This document shows, one piece after another, positions 49,032 through 58,053 of a DNA stretch of 64,000 nt. Source of the DNA: an uncultured Verrucomicrobiae bacterium (GTDB lineage Bacteria; Verrucomicrobiota; Verrucomicrobiia; Chthoniobacterales; JAATET01); NCBI GenBank assembly GCA_963719495.1, contig CAVRCI010000004.1:32001-96000 (forward strand), read 5' to 3'. The notes under the pieces are model-generated. The model worked only from the letters and a program-made list of their open reading frames with translations. It did not search any database and was not told the origin of the DNA. The translations under genes were made by a program, and so were the position numbers. How positions within the stretch are numbered: the stretch's first letter is position 1; each line of letters opens with the position of its first letter.

Positions 49032-50755
49032 TCGAGGCGGCGGCGAAATTGATCGAGACGCTGGAGCGGATCGACGGGCGGCCTTACCCGGCCTACAAGG
49101 ATCTGCGCGGGCGGACGTTTCGGCTGGGGGATGGTTTCGAGTGGGAACTGCGATTCGATCGGATTCAGGGCGATCCCTTCGCGGCACCGTCGCACGTGGC
49201 GGTGAGGGTGCGGCGGGAGGTGGCGGGTTTCCCGGGTGAATTCGTGGGGAACGTGGCGCGGCGGATCGGGGTGGAGAATCTGGTCGCGCGTCGGTTGGCG
49301 AAGATCTGTCGCGGGGCGGCGGGGCGGAGTGGTTCGGGGAAGTCGGGGTTGGTCGAGATCGACGCGCCGGGTCAGGAGGTGATGGCTCGGACAGCGGTGC
49401 GGTTGGCGGAGGATGGGTTTTGGGAGGCGCGCCTCGTGGTGGGTCTGCCGGGCGAGGGGCGGCGGATCGCGGGTCGGGCGGCGGAGGATTTGTTGGTCCG
49501 GCGGTTGGCGCGGGTCGCGGAGGACGGGTTGGCATTTTCGAGTTTCGACGCGGATGACGTCCGGCGGGCGGCGGAGGTGAATGAGGACGCGGAGGCTCTG
49601 CGGGCCGGGTTGGTCGAGCGGGGATTGGTGGCTTTCGTGGCGGACGGGGCGGTGCTGCCGCGGGCGGGGGGTGACGTTCAGAAGCCTTTGGTGGGCGGTG
49701 ACGCGGTGGCTTTCGCGAGTCCGGCGAGTTTGCGGGTCGAGTTGGCGACGCCGAACTCGGGGATGGTCGCCGGGATGGGAGTGTCGGAAGGGGTGACTCT
49801 CGTGGTGGGTGGCGGGTTTCACGGGAAGTCGACGCTGCTGGAGGCGTTGGCCCGGGGAGTGTGGAATCATTGCCCGGAGGACGGGCGGGAGCAGGTGGTC
49901 GCGCGGGCGGATGCGATGAGCATCGAGGCGGAGTCGGGGCGGAGCGTGGCGGGGGTGGACATTTCGCCCTTCATCGACGATTTGCCGAATGGGAGTGATA
50001 CGCGGCGGTTTTCGACGCCGAATGCTTCGGGTTCGACGTCGCAGGCGGCGGGGACGGTGGAGGCGCTGGAGGCGGGGTCGCGGTTGTTGTTGATCGACGA
50101 GGATACGGCGGCGACGAATTTCATGGTGCGGGACCGGCGGATGCAGGCGCTCATCGCGCGGGAGCGGGAGCCGATCACGCCATTCGTCGACCGGGTGCGG
50201 GAGATGTGGGAGGCGCGGGGGGTGTCGACGGTGATGGTGCTCGGGGGGTGCGGGGATTACTTCGACGTGGCGGATTCGGTGATCGCGATGGACGCGTATC
50301 GGCCGTTCGATCGGACGGGGGAAGCGCGGGAGATCGCGGAGCGGCTGCCGACCGGGCGGGTGACGGAGGCGCGGGCGTGGCCCGTGGATCGACTGCGGAG
50401 GGTGGTGGATCCGGGGTCGCTCGACGTGTCGCGGGGACGGCGCGAGGTGCACAGCCGGGCGCGGCGGACGGATTCGATCGAAATCGGGCGGTCGGAGGTG
50501 GATTTGTCGGGGCTGCACCAGATCGTGCATCCGGCGCAGACGCGGGCGCTGGCGGCGGCGTTGGCCTGGGCGATCTCGTCGGGGGTGGTGGATGGGCGGC
50601 GGTCGGTCGGGGAGTTGGTGGAGGTCGTGGTGGCGAGGATGAGGGATGGCGGGATGGATGGGTTCGGGGACGGGGCGCGCGGGGATTTGGCGGAATTTCG
50701 GGGGTTGGATTTGGCGGCGGCGTTGAACCGAATGCGGTCGTTGAAAATGCGGTGA
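49028..50755 (+). CDS. ABC-class ATPase-domain protein (PF09818-type)
   Basis: IDGRPY.AYKD, QGDPFA.PS, GGGFHGKSTLL, NASGSTSQA, LLIDEDTAATNFMVRD, EPITP; GTG start overlaps the upstream stop. Confidence 0.9.
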   Translation: MIEAAAKLIETLERIDGRPYPAYKDLRGRTFRLGDGFEWELRFDRIQGDPFAAPSHVAVRVRREVAGFPGEFVGNVARRIGVENLVARRLAKICRGAAGRSGSGKSGLVEIDAPGQEVMARTAVRLAEDGFWEARLVVGLPGEGRRIAGRAAEDLLVRRLARVAEDGLAFSSFDADDVRRAAEVNEDAEALRAGLVERGLVAFVADGAVLPRAGGDVQKPLVGGDAVAFASPASLRVELATPNSGMVAGMGVSEGVTLVVGGGFHGKSTLLEALARGVWNHCPEDGREQVVARADAMSIEAESGRSVAGVDISPFIDDLPNGSDTRRFSTPNASGSTSQAAGTVEALEAGSRLLLIDEDTAATNFMVRDRRMQALIAREREPITPFVDRVREMWEARGVSTVMVLGGCGDYFDVADSVIAMDAYRPFDRTGEAREIAERLPTGRVTEARAWPVDRLRRVVDPGSLDVSRGRREVHSRARRTDSIEIGRSEVDLSGLHQIVHPAQTRALAAALAWAISSGVVDGRRSVGELVEVVVARMRDGGMDGFGDGARGDLAEFRGLDLAAALNRMRSLKMR

Positions 50756-50968
50756 GAATACGAATGCGGTTTTTGAACAAAAGGTAGCAAAGGTAGCGAA
50801 GGATACAGGAAGGGGAATGCGACCGGCTCCCGCTTCGCGGATTGCCGGGTTGCCGCGGCGGGACGCCGCGGCTCGCACGCGGGGACGCGTGCGGTCCCCC
50901 CCCTTGCTTCTTGCTAGTTGGGGGTGGGGTGGGCAGGGTCGGGGACGAACTTTCAACCTTCTCTTATT

Positions 50969-51985
50969 ATGCAATTTGGAATGATCGGTCTTGGGCGCAT
51001 GGGCGCGAATATGGTGCGGCGGACGCTGCGGGATGGGCACTCGTGCGTGGTGTTCGACACGAACGCGGAGACGGTGCAGGAACTCGTCGCCGAGGGGGCG
51101 ATTGGGGCGGATTCGATGGAGGATTTTGTCAGTAAGCTGGACGCTCCCCGGAATTGCTGGGTGATGATCCCGGCGGCGATCACGGACAAGATCGTCGATC
51201 ATCTGGCGGAACTGCTGGATGCGAACGACACGATCATCGATGGGGGGAATTCGTATTTTCGCGATGACCGGAGGCGGGCGGAATTTCTGAAGCCGAAGGG
51301 GATTCATTACCTGGATGTCGGGACGAGCGGCGGCGTCTGGGGATTGGAGCGGGGTTATTGCATGATGATCGGTGGGGAGGCGGAGCCGGTGGAACGGATG
51401 GATCCGATCTTCCGGACTCTGGCACCCGGGAAAGGCGACGTGCCGGCGACACCGGGGCGGGACAAGCTGGGTGGGACGGCGGATCGCGGTTATCTGCATT
51501 GCGGCCACTCGGGGGCCGGGCACTTCGTGAAGATGGTGCACAATGGGATCGAGTACGGGCTGATGGCGGCGTTTGGCGAGGGGTTCGACATTCTGGCGAA
51601 CGCGAACATCGATCTGAAGGAACACGCGAAGGACGCGGAGACGGCGCCGCGGATGAACAAGGATCTGGACTACGAATTCAATCTGGCGGACGTCTCGGAA
51701 GTCTGGAGGCGGGGCTCGGTGATCGGGTCGTGGCTGCTGGATCTGGCGGCGATCTCGTTCGCGGAGGATCCGAAGTTGGATCATTACTCGGGTCGGGTGT
51801 CGGATTCCGGCGAGGGTCGGTGGACGATCATGGCCGCGATCGAGGAGGCGGTGGATTGCGACGTGCTGACGTCGGCGCTCTACAATCGGTTCCGGTCGCG
51901 GAAGGAGCACACGATGGCGGAGAAGGTCTGCTCGGCGATGCGTTATCAGTTTGGCGGGCATCTGGAAAAGGCTGCCGGGGGGTGA
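50969..51985 (+). CDS. gnd: Decarboxylating 6-phosphogluconate dehydrogenase (short YqeC type)
   Basis: [47 protein letters not shown]. Confidence 0.96.
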   Translation: MQFGMIGLGRMGANMVRRTLRDGHSCVVFDTNAETVQELVAEGAIGADSMEDFVSKLDAPRNCWVMIPAAITDKIVDHLAELLDANDTIIDGGNSYFRDDRRRAEFLKPKGIHYLDVGTSGGVWGLERGYCMMIGGEAEPVERMDPIFRTLAPGKGDVPATPGRDKLGGTADRGYLHCGHSGAGHFVKMVHNGIEYGLMAAFGEGFDILANANIDLKEHAKDAETAPRMNKDLDYEFNLADVSEVWRRGSVIGSWLLDLAAISFAEDPKLDHYSGRVSDSGEGRWTIMAAIEEAVDCDVLTSALYNRFRSRKEHTMAEKVCSAMRYQFGGHLEKAAGG

Positions 51986-52129
51986 ATACATTTCGAACAG
52001 AAGGACGCAAAGGTCGCGAAGGGGTGAAAGAAGGGTCTCGGCTGTTCCGCTTCGCGGAAGTCGCCGAATCTGTATTCCTTTCCTTCCTGTATTCTTTGCG
52101 CTCTTTGCGGCCTTCTGTTCAAAATGTAT
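51986..52129. repeat. Intergenic inverted repeat, same family as 41099-41208
   Basis: atacatttcgaacagaaggacgcaaag ... ctttgcggccttctgttcaaaatgtat. Confidence 0.8.
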
Positions 52130-52173
52130 CTACCGGATGACACGTGGGGTGAAATGACGTAGCGTCCTCGTCG

Positions 52174-53418
52174 ATGCACGATGTCGCGATCATTGGGGGG
52201 GGGCCGGCTGGGAGCACGGCGGCGACTCTCCTCGCGAAGCGGGGTCGGTCGGTGGTCGTTTTCGAGCGGGAGAAGTTCCCGCGGTTTCACATCGGGGAGT
52301 CGATGCTGCCGTTTTCGATGTCGGCGTTGGACCGACTCGGGGTGACCGAGAAGGTGGCGGCGGCGGGATTTATGCCGAAGCACGGGGCGGAGGTGGCGGC
52401 GGGGTCCGGGGAGCGGGAGGTTCGGTTTTACTTCAAAAATGGGTTCCGGCCGGAGCGGGAGACGGCGCTTCAAGTGGAGCGGTCGCGGTTCGACGAGCTG
52501 CTGCTCGACCACTCGGAGGAGTGTGGAGCGGAGGTGCACGAGGAGACGAGCGTGCGGGCGGTGGATTGCTCGAAGGACGGGGTGCGGTTGACGGTGAGGG
52601 GGCCGGACGGGGCCGAGCGGGAGGTGGCGGCGAAGTATTTACTGGATTGCAGTGGGCGGAATGCAGTGGTGGGTCAGCAATTCGATCTCAAGCGGGTTTA
52701 TCCCAAGCTGAAGAAATTCGCGATTTTTGCGCATTACGACGGGGTGGCGATGCCGGACGGGGTGGATGGGACACTGACTCGGATGGTGCGGACTGAGGAG
52801 GCTTGGTTCTGGCTGATCCCGCTTTCGCGGACGCGGACGAGTATCGGGGTGGTGATGGACACGGCTCGTTACAAGGCGGCGGGAGTCGCTCCGGAGGTGA
52901 TGCTGACCCGGTTGATCGAGGAGACGCCGGTGATGCGGGAGCGGATGGGCGACGCGGTGCTGGCGTCGAAGGTTCACGCGAGTGGCGATTATTCCTACCG
53001 GAGCGACCGGTTGCACGGGGACCGGTGGTTGCTGGCGGGGGACGCGGCGGGGTTCATCGATCCGATTTTCAGCAGCGGGATCTTTCTGGCTTTGCTGGGG
53101 GGTGAGAAGGCGGCGGATGTCTTGGAAGCGGCTCTGGGCGATTCCCGGGTGGCGGGGCGGGAGTTTGCGGCTTATTCGAAGCAGCTTCGGTCGGTGATGA
53201 AGCTGTACCTGGAGTTTGTGAACGGGTGGTATCGGAAGGAGTTCGTCGAAACGTTGCTCAATCCGACGGAATTTTTCGACGTGGTGCCGGCGGTGAATGC
53301 GGTGCTGGCGGGGAATCTGGGGAATTCGTTCGCGATTCGGTGGCGGCTGTGGGTCTTCCGGGCGGTGGTGTCGGCGCAACGGGTGTTGCCGCTTTCGCCG
53401 CGGGTGTCGTTGGGGTGA
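52174..53418 (+). CDS. FAD-dependent oxidoreductase, flavin-dependent halogenase-like
   Basis: GGGPAG, FPRFHIGES, GFMPKHG, WFWLIP, GDAAGFIDPIFSSG. Confidence 0.85.
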   Translation: MHDVAIIGGGPAGSTAATLLAKRGRSVVVFEREKFPRFHIGESMLPFSMSALDRLGVTEKVAAAGFMPKHGAEVAAGSGEREVRFYFKNGFRPERETALQVERSRFDELLLDHSEECGAEVHEETSVRAVDCSKDGVRLTVRGPDGAEREVAAKYLLDCSGRNAVVGQQFDLKRVYPKLKKFAIFAHYDGVAMPDGVDGTLTRMVRTEEAWFWLIPLSRTRTSIGVVMDTARYKAAGVAPEVMLTRLIEETPVMRERMGDAVLASKVHASGDYSYRSDRLHGDRWLLAGDAAGFIDPIFSSGIFLALLGGEKAADVLEAALGDSRVAGREFAAYSKQLRSVMKLYLEFVNGWYRKEFVETLLNPTEFFDVVPAVNAVLAGNLGNSFAIRWRLWVFRAVVSAQRVLPLSPRVSLG

Positions 53419-53435
53419 GGGGGGCGAAGGTCGGA

Positions 53436-53921
53436 ATGTCGAAGGTCGGAGGTCGGGTTTTGGCCGCTGGGGCGGCGGTTTTTTTGGTCGGGTGTTCGAC
53501 GGTGACTTTGCCGGAATTTACGCCGACGGAGTCCCGGCGGGCGGCGGTGAGTGTGAAGGGGGAGGTCGGATCGCTGGAGGCGCGCGGGGTCTTCGAGCGG
53601 GATCAGAGTGAGAACGTGCGGATCACGGTCGAGTCGGATGACGAGGTGATGCTGCGGCTGGCTCGGATTCCGGGTGGTTGGGCGGCGGTCGGGCCGCTGG
53701 CGAAGGGCGGATGGCAGGGACATCCGGATACGGCGCCGCCTTATTTGGCGGGATGGGTCGTGTTGGGGGAGGCGTTCGAGGCGGCGACGCACATGGACGG
53801 GCGGAAGGCGGAGTATCGGAACGGACGGCTGAGCGTGGTCTTCACCTTCGAGGAAGTGCACTTGAGTTCGATGGAGGTTCGGGCGATCGCGACCGGAGAG
53901 CGGTATCGGGTGAGGTTCTGA
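53436..53921 (+). CDS. Hypothetical lipoprotein
   Basis: MSKVGGRVLAAGAAVFLVG-C lipobox. Confidence 0.65.
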   Translation: MSKVGGRVLAAGAAVFLVGCSTVTLPEFTPTESRRAAVSVKGEVGSLEARGVFERDQSENVRITVESDDEVMLRLARIPGGWAAVGPLAKGGWQGHPDTAPPYLAGWVVLGEAFEAATHMDGRKAEYRNGRLSVVFTFEEVHLSSMEVRAIATGERYRVRF

Positions 53922-53997
53922 TTTGATCCGGGGTTCGTCGAGCCGCGGACGAATGATCGTGCAACGCGTTGACGCTTAGGCGTAAAATCCACTCGGT

Positions 53998-54840
53998 ATG
54001 CAAAGCACGGCCAACTTGTGGGAGCAGCTTTGCCGGGATCTCGAAGCGAGACGGTCGGCGGAAGGTGCCGAGCAGCGGGGTGCTGCGGCGCGCTCGTTCG
54101 AGGACGCCGCCAAGCAGGTCTTTGCCGCGAACAGCCCCCGGCTGCAGGATGCGTTGGAGATCACCGGCGACATTCATCAGGCGAACGGCACGACGGAGGA
54201 TGCGATGCGTTGCTTCGGCGAGGCGCTGCGGATGGCACGGGGGATCAAGAGCTACGAGGCGGTCGCCCGGATCGCGACGAAGCTGGCGATGATCTCGGAG
54301 GGCGTCGTCGACGCGAAGACGACGGTGCGTTTTTACGTGTTGGCGATCGAGGCGATGGAGCTGGCGCACACGCGCTCGCAGTTGCCGACGATGTTGAACA
54401 ATCTCGCTTCGCTGCACAAGCGGACGGGCGATCTCGAGGCGTGCAAGCGGACCTATCGTCGGGCGCTCCGGGAGGCGGAGGGGGTGCACGGCCCGAACCA
54501 TCCGGAGTCGGCGCTGATTGCCAACAACTTCGGCGTCGCGCTCACGGAGATCGGTCAGCACGACGCGGCGGAGGATTATCTGCTGCGATCGTTGGGGATC
54601 CGCGAGCGGAGTTACGGCGGGCGGCACCCGGAGGTGGCGCAATCGATGGCGAATCTGGCGGCGGTCTACGCCGGGCGGAAGCTTTACCCGCAGGCGGAAA
54701 ATTATTACCGGGCGGCGATGGATACGTTGTCCAGCTTCCGTGGGCCGGAGGATCCCGAGATGGTGGCCATCCGGCGGGACTACGAGAATCTGCCACCGGT
54801 GCGGCTGCGAGGACTCTCGAAGACGCGGAAGATGGCGTGA
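53998..54840 (+). CDS. Tetratricopeptide repeat protein (kinesin-light-chain-like repeats)
   Basis: LNNLA, GPNHPE, GGRHPEVAQSMANLA. Confidence 0.88.
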   Translation: MQSTANLWEQLCRDLEARRSAEGAEQRGAAARSFEDAAKQVFAANSPRLQDALEITGDIHQANGTTEDAMRCFGEALRMARGIKSYEAVARIATKLAMISEGVVDAKTTVRFYVLAIEAMELAHTRSQLPTMLNNLASLHKRTGDLEACKRTYRRALREAEGVHGPNHPESALIANNFGVALTEIGQHDAAEDYLLRSLGIRERSYGGRHPEVAQSMANLAAVYAGRKLYPQAENYYRAAMDTLSSFRGPEDPEMVAIRRDYENLPPVRLRGLSKTRKMA

Positions 54841-54884
54841 TTTGGATTCTCGATTCTCGATTTTCGATTTTCGATTTTGGATTT

Positions 54885-56123
54885 GTGAGTTGGTCGCGTG
54901 CCGTGGGCTGGGGATTGATCGGGGTGGCGGTGTGCCTCGTTGGATGCGGAAAACCCGTCGAGCGCGGGGGCGACGGGGTGGTCCTGAGTGTGCTGATGGA
55001 GCCGGATGGGCGGGGGGCTTGGCGGGAGTTGTTCGATCGATTCGAGGCGGGGCACCCGGGGGTGCGGGTGAATCTGGTGGAGGGGCCGGCGGCGACGGAT
55101 TCGCGCGAGGATCTCTACGTGAACGCGCTGCTGTCGGGGAGTGACGACTACGATCTGGTCTACGCCGACGTGATCTGGGTGCCGAAATTCGCGGCGGCTG
55201 GTTGGCTGGAGGATTTGACGGGGTATTGGGACGAATGGGACGATTTCGTGCCGGCGGGCATCGCGGGCGCGACGGTCGGTGGGAAAATTTACCGGGTGCC
55301 GACGCAGCTGAATGGCGGGTTGCTCTACTACCGGAAGGATTGGTTGGCGGAGATCGGGGTCGAGCCGCCGCGGACGTTCGACGAACTGACCGGGATCTCG
55401 GAGCGGCTTCGGGAGGAGGGTCGCTGGGGCTACGTGTGGCAGGGGAAGCAATACGAGGGGCTGGTGTGCAACTTCGTCGAGGTGCTGCGGGGATTTGGCG
55501 GGTATTGGATCGATCCGGAGACCGGCGCGATTGGCTTGGAAGACCCGGCGGCGGTGGCGGCGCTCACGTGGTTGCGGGACAGCGTGGGGACGATCTCGCC
55601 GCCGGGGGTGACGACCTACGCGGAGGAGGAGAGTCGTTTACTCTTTCAGGGCGGGGGCGCGGTTTTTCTGCGGAACTGGCCTTACGTTTACAAATCGCTG
55701 GCGGCGGATGGGTCGGAGATGCTGAACAAGGTGGGGATCGTCCCGATGCCGGCGACGCCGGAGGGTGAGTCGGCGGCGACGTTGGGCGGGGCGGGTTTTG
55801 CGATCGTGGAGTCGAGTGCGGCGAAGGGGGCGGCTTGGGATTTGATCGAGTTCGTGAGTTCGCCGGAGTCGGTGCGGTTCATGAACGACCGGATCGGATT
55901 GCAGCCGGCTCGGCGGAGCTTTTACGAGGAGACGAGCGATCCGGTGCAGCGGGAACTTTACGAGGTGCTCCGGCGGACGACGCCGCGGCCGCAGATCGCG
56001 CAATACGCGCAAGCGTCGGACATTCTGCAGCGGCACTTGAGCGCGGTGATCACCGGGCAGGCGGCGCCGCGGGAGGCGCTCGCGGCGGCGGCGGGGGAGA
56101 CTCGGTTGTTGTTGGGGCGGTAG
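54885..56123 (+). CDS. Sugar ABC transporter substrate-binding lipoprotein
   Basis: LVG-C lipobox, DVIWVPKFAAAGWL, LYYRKD, QGKQYEGL, FLRNWPY, ATLGG; start GTG 54885 (alternative 54837). Confidence 0.9.
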   Translation: MSWSRAVGWGLIGVAVCLVGCGKPVERGGDGVVLSVLMEPDGRGAWRELFDRFEAGHPGVRVNLVEGPAATDSREDLYVNALLSGSDDYDLVYADVIWVPKFAAAGWLEDLTGYWDEWDDFVPAGIAGATVGGKIYRVPTQLNGGLLYYRKDWLAEIGVEPPRTFDELTGISERLREEGRWGYVWQGKQYEGLVCNFVEVLRGFGGYWIDPETGAIGLEDPAAVAALTWLRDSVGTISPPGVTTYAEEESRLLFQGGGAVFLRNWPYVYKSLAADGSEMLNKVGIVPMPATPEGESAATLGGAGFAIVESSAAKGAAWDLIEFVSSPESVRFMNDRIGLQPARRSFYEETSDPVQRELYEVLRRTTPRPQIAQYAQASDILQRHLSAVITGQAAPREALAAAAGETRLLLGR

Positions 56124-56167
56124 GGGTGCGGGGTTGGTTCGTGGCGGGTGACTGGTGACTGATGAGG

Positions 56168-56206
56168 TGAGAAGCCAGAGATGTTTCGCTTCGCTCAACA
56201 TGACAG
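56168..56206. repeat. Copy of the 28783 repeat (reverse complement)
   Basis: tgagaagccagagatgtttcgcttcgctcaacatgacag. Confidence 0.8.
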
Positions 56207-56299
56207 CGGGGTTGGGGGACTTCGGCGGCTGGCAGGCGCCGCTCCTTGAAGTCGGTGGTTGTTCTGGGTTATGGCGGGGTGGTGTTGGGACGGGATGGG

Positions 56300-57637
56300 T
56301 TGAATCGGCGGAATCTGCGGATTGGTATTTGGGATGGGGTGTTGGCGACGCCCTGGGTGTTTGTCGCGGTGCCGGGGAACTTCGTGGTCGCGGCTTTGCT
56401 GACGCAATACTTCGGGATCGAGAAGGCGGCCTACGGGGCGATCGCCTCGCTGCCGGCGTGGAGTAACGCGGTGCAAATCCTGGTGATCGCGTGGCTATCG
56501 CGCTTTCTGACGCCGCGCGATATGACGCTGGGATTGGGTTGGTTCAACGTGGGGCTTTGGAGCGTGCTGGCCGTGGTGTTGGGTTTTCTGCCGACGGGGG
56601 ACGCGGCGGGAATCGCGACGTTTTTCTTCGGATTCTTCGTGCTGGCGAGCCTGAGTCAGTCGTTCCTGGCGGTCGGCTGGATGTCGTGGGTGAACGATTG
56701 GGTGCCGGCGGCGGTGCGGGGGGCGTATTTCGGGCAGCGCAACCGGGCGACGAGCCTGATCACGGTCGCGTTTCTGCTGGCGGCCATCGGTTTGTTTTCG
56801 GTCGCGGAGGATGCGTTGTGGCCGTATCAGGCGCTGATCGGGACGGCGGTGGTGTTGCGGTGCTGGAGTCTGCTATGGCAGTACGGGATCCGGGGACGAT
56901 CGGAATCGCTTGCGGCCGAGCGGACGGATTGGTTCGGCGACATTCGGATGAGCCTAAAATCGCCGGGGCTGTTGGTTTTCATCGTCTTTTCGGCGTGGTC
57001 GAACTTCTGGCTGGGATTTGTCGGACCGTTTCTACCGGTTTACAGCCTGGAGAAGCTCGGGATGTCGGCGAGTGGCTTCACGGCGCTGGTCGTGGCCAGC
57101 ACGTTGTCGGGAATGGTTGGCTACGCGTATTGGGGGAAACTGGCGGACCGGTGGGGTTCAAAGCCGATCCTCGTCGGGGGGCTGGTGGTGTGGCAGTTGC
57201 AGAATTACCTGTGGCTCGTGGTCACGAAAGACTCGACGTGGCTGTTGGTGCCGATGTGGCTGTGGGGGGGATTCTTCAGCGTCGCGTATCTGCTGGGGAG
57301 CTTCAATTTGCTCCTGAAACTGTTGCCGTCGCGGGCGAAGCTGGCGGCCACGAGCCTGTTCGTCGCGGTGACGTCGGTCACGGCGGGGCTGGCGCCGGTG
57401 GTCGCGGGGTCTTTGTTGAGCCACTTTGGCGACCGGCTGGAGGTCTATTGGGTTGGGTTCGCGATTCAGCCGACCGCAATTCTGGTGGGACTCTTCATTC
57501 TGCGATGGGTGAAGGAGCCGACGCGGCGGGGGGTGAACAGCTCGCCGGGGACGTTCCGGACTCTGCGGCAATTGATCGCGATGAGCGGACCTGGATTTTT
57601 GGCGAATCTGACCTCGCTGGGGAGGCGGCGTAAATGA
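56300..57637 (+). CDS. MFS transporter
   Basis: About 12 TM helices, VP...RGAYFG.R, WGKLADRWGSK; TTG start at 56300 is tentative. Confidence 0.85.
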   Translation: MNRRNLRIGIWDGVLATPWVFVAVPGNFVVAALLTQYFGIEKAAYGAIASLPAWSNAVQILVIAWLSRFLTPRDMTLGLGWFNVGLWSVLAVVLGFLPTGDAAGIATFFFGFFVLASLSQSFLAVGWMSWVNDWVPAAVRGAYFGQRNRATSLITVAFLLAAIGLFSVAEDALWPYQALIGTAVVLRCWSLLWQYGIRGRSESLAAERTDWFGDIRMSLKSPGLLVFIVFSAWSNFWLGFVGPFLPVYSLEKLGMSASGFTALVVASTLSGMVGYAYWGKLADRWGSKPILVGGLVVWQLQNYLWLVVTKDSTWLLVPMWLWGGFFSVAYLLGSFNLLLKLLPSRAKLAATSLFVAVTSVTAGLAPVVAGSLLSHFGDRLEVYWVGFAIQPTAILVGLFILRWVKEPTRRGVNSSPGTFRTLRQLIAMSGPGFLANLTSLGRRRK

Positions 57638-58053
57638 GCGGTGCGCTCGATGGTCGGATGGACGGAACGCTGCTCGCGGTGCGGGGCGCGATGGCGGCCG
57701 TGTGGCTCTACAACGGGCTTTGGCTGAAGTGTCTCGTGCGTGATCCGCACCATTTGGAGATCGTCGCGGCGGCCGTGGGTGGGACGGGTCTTGCTGCCGG
57801 GACGGCGCTGAGCTTGATCGGGGCGGGCGAAACTTTGCTGGCGGTGGGCATCTTGTCGGGAATCTGGTGGCGGTTTGTGAATGGATTTCAAATCGGACTG
57901 CTGGTGCTGATGAATGGCTTGGGGATCGTGTTTGGCGGCGGGGCGATTGAGCGGCCGATGGGGTTGGTAATTTCGAATCTGCCGCTGGTGGCATGTGCCG
58001 CGATGGTTCTGGTGCGGGGGCCGGGAAAATTTCGGTTGGGTCGTGGAGCTTGA
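57634..58053 (+). CDS. DoxX-like membrane protein
   Basis: A.VWLYNGLW.K, IG.GE, about 4 TM helices; coupled to the MFS gene. Confidence 0.75.
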   Translation: MSGALDGRMDGTLLAVRGAMAAVWLYNGLWLKCLVRDPHHLEIVAAAVGGTGLAAGTALSLIGAGETLLAVGILSGIWWRFVNGFQIGLLVLMNGLGIVFGGGAIERPMGLVISNLPLVACAAMVLVRGPGKFRLGRGA

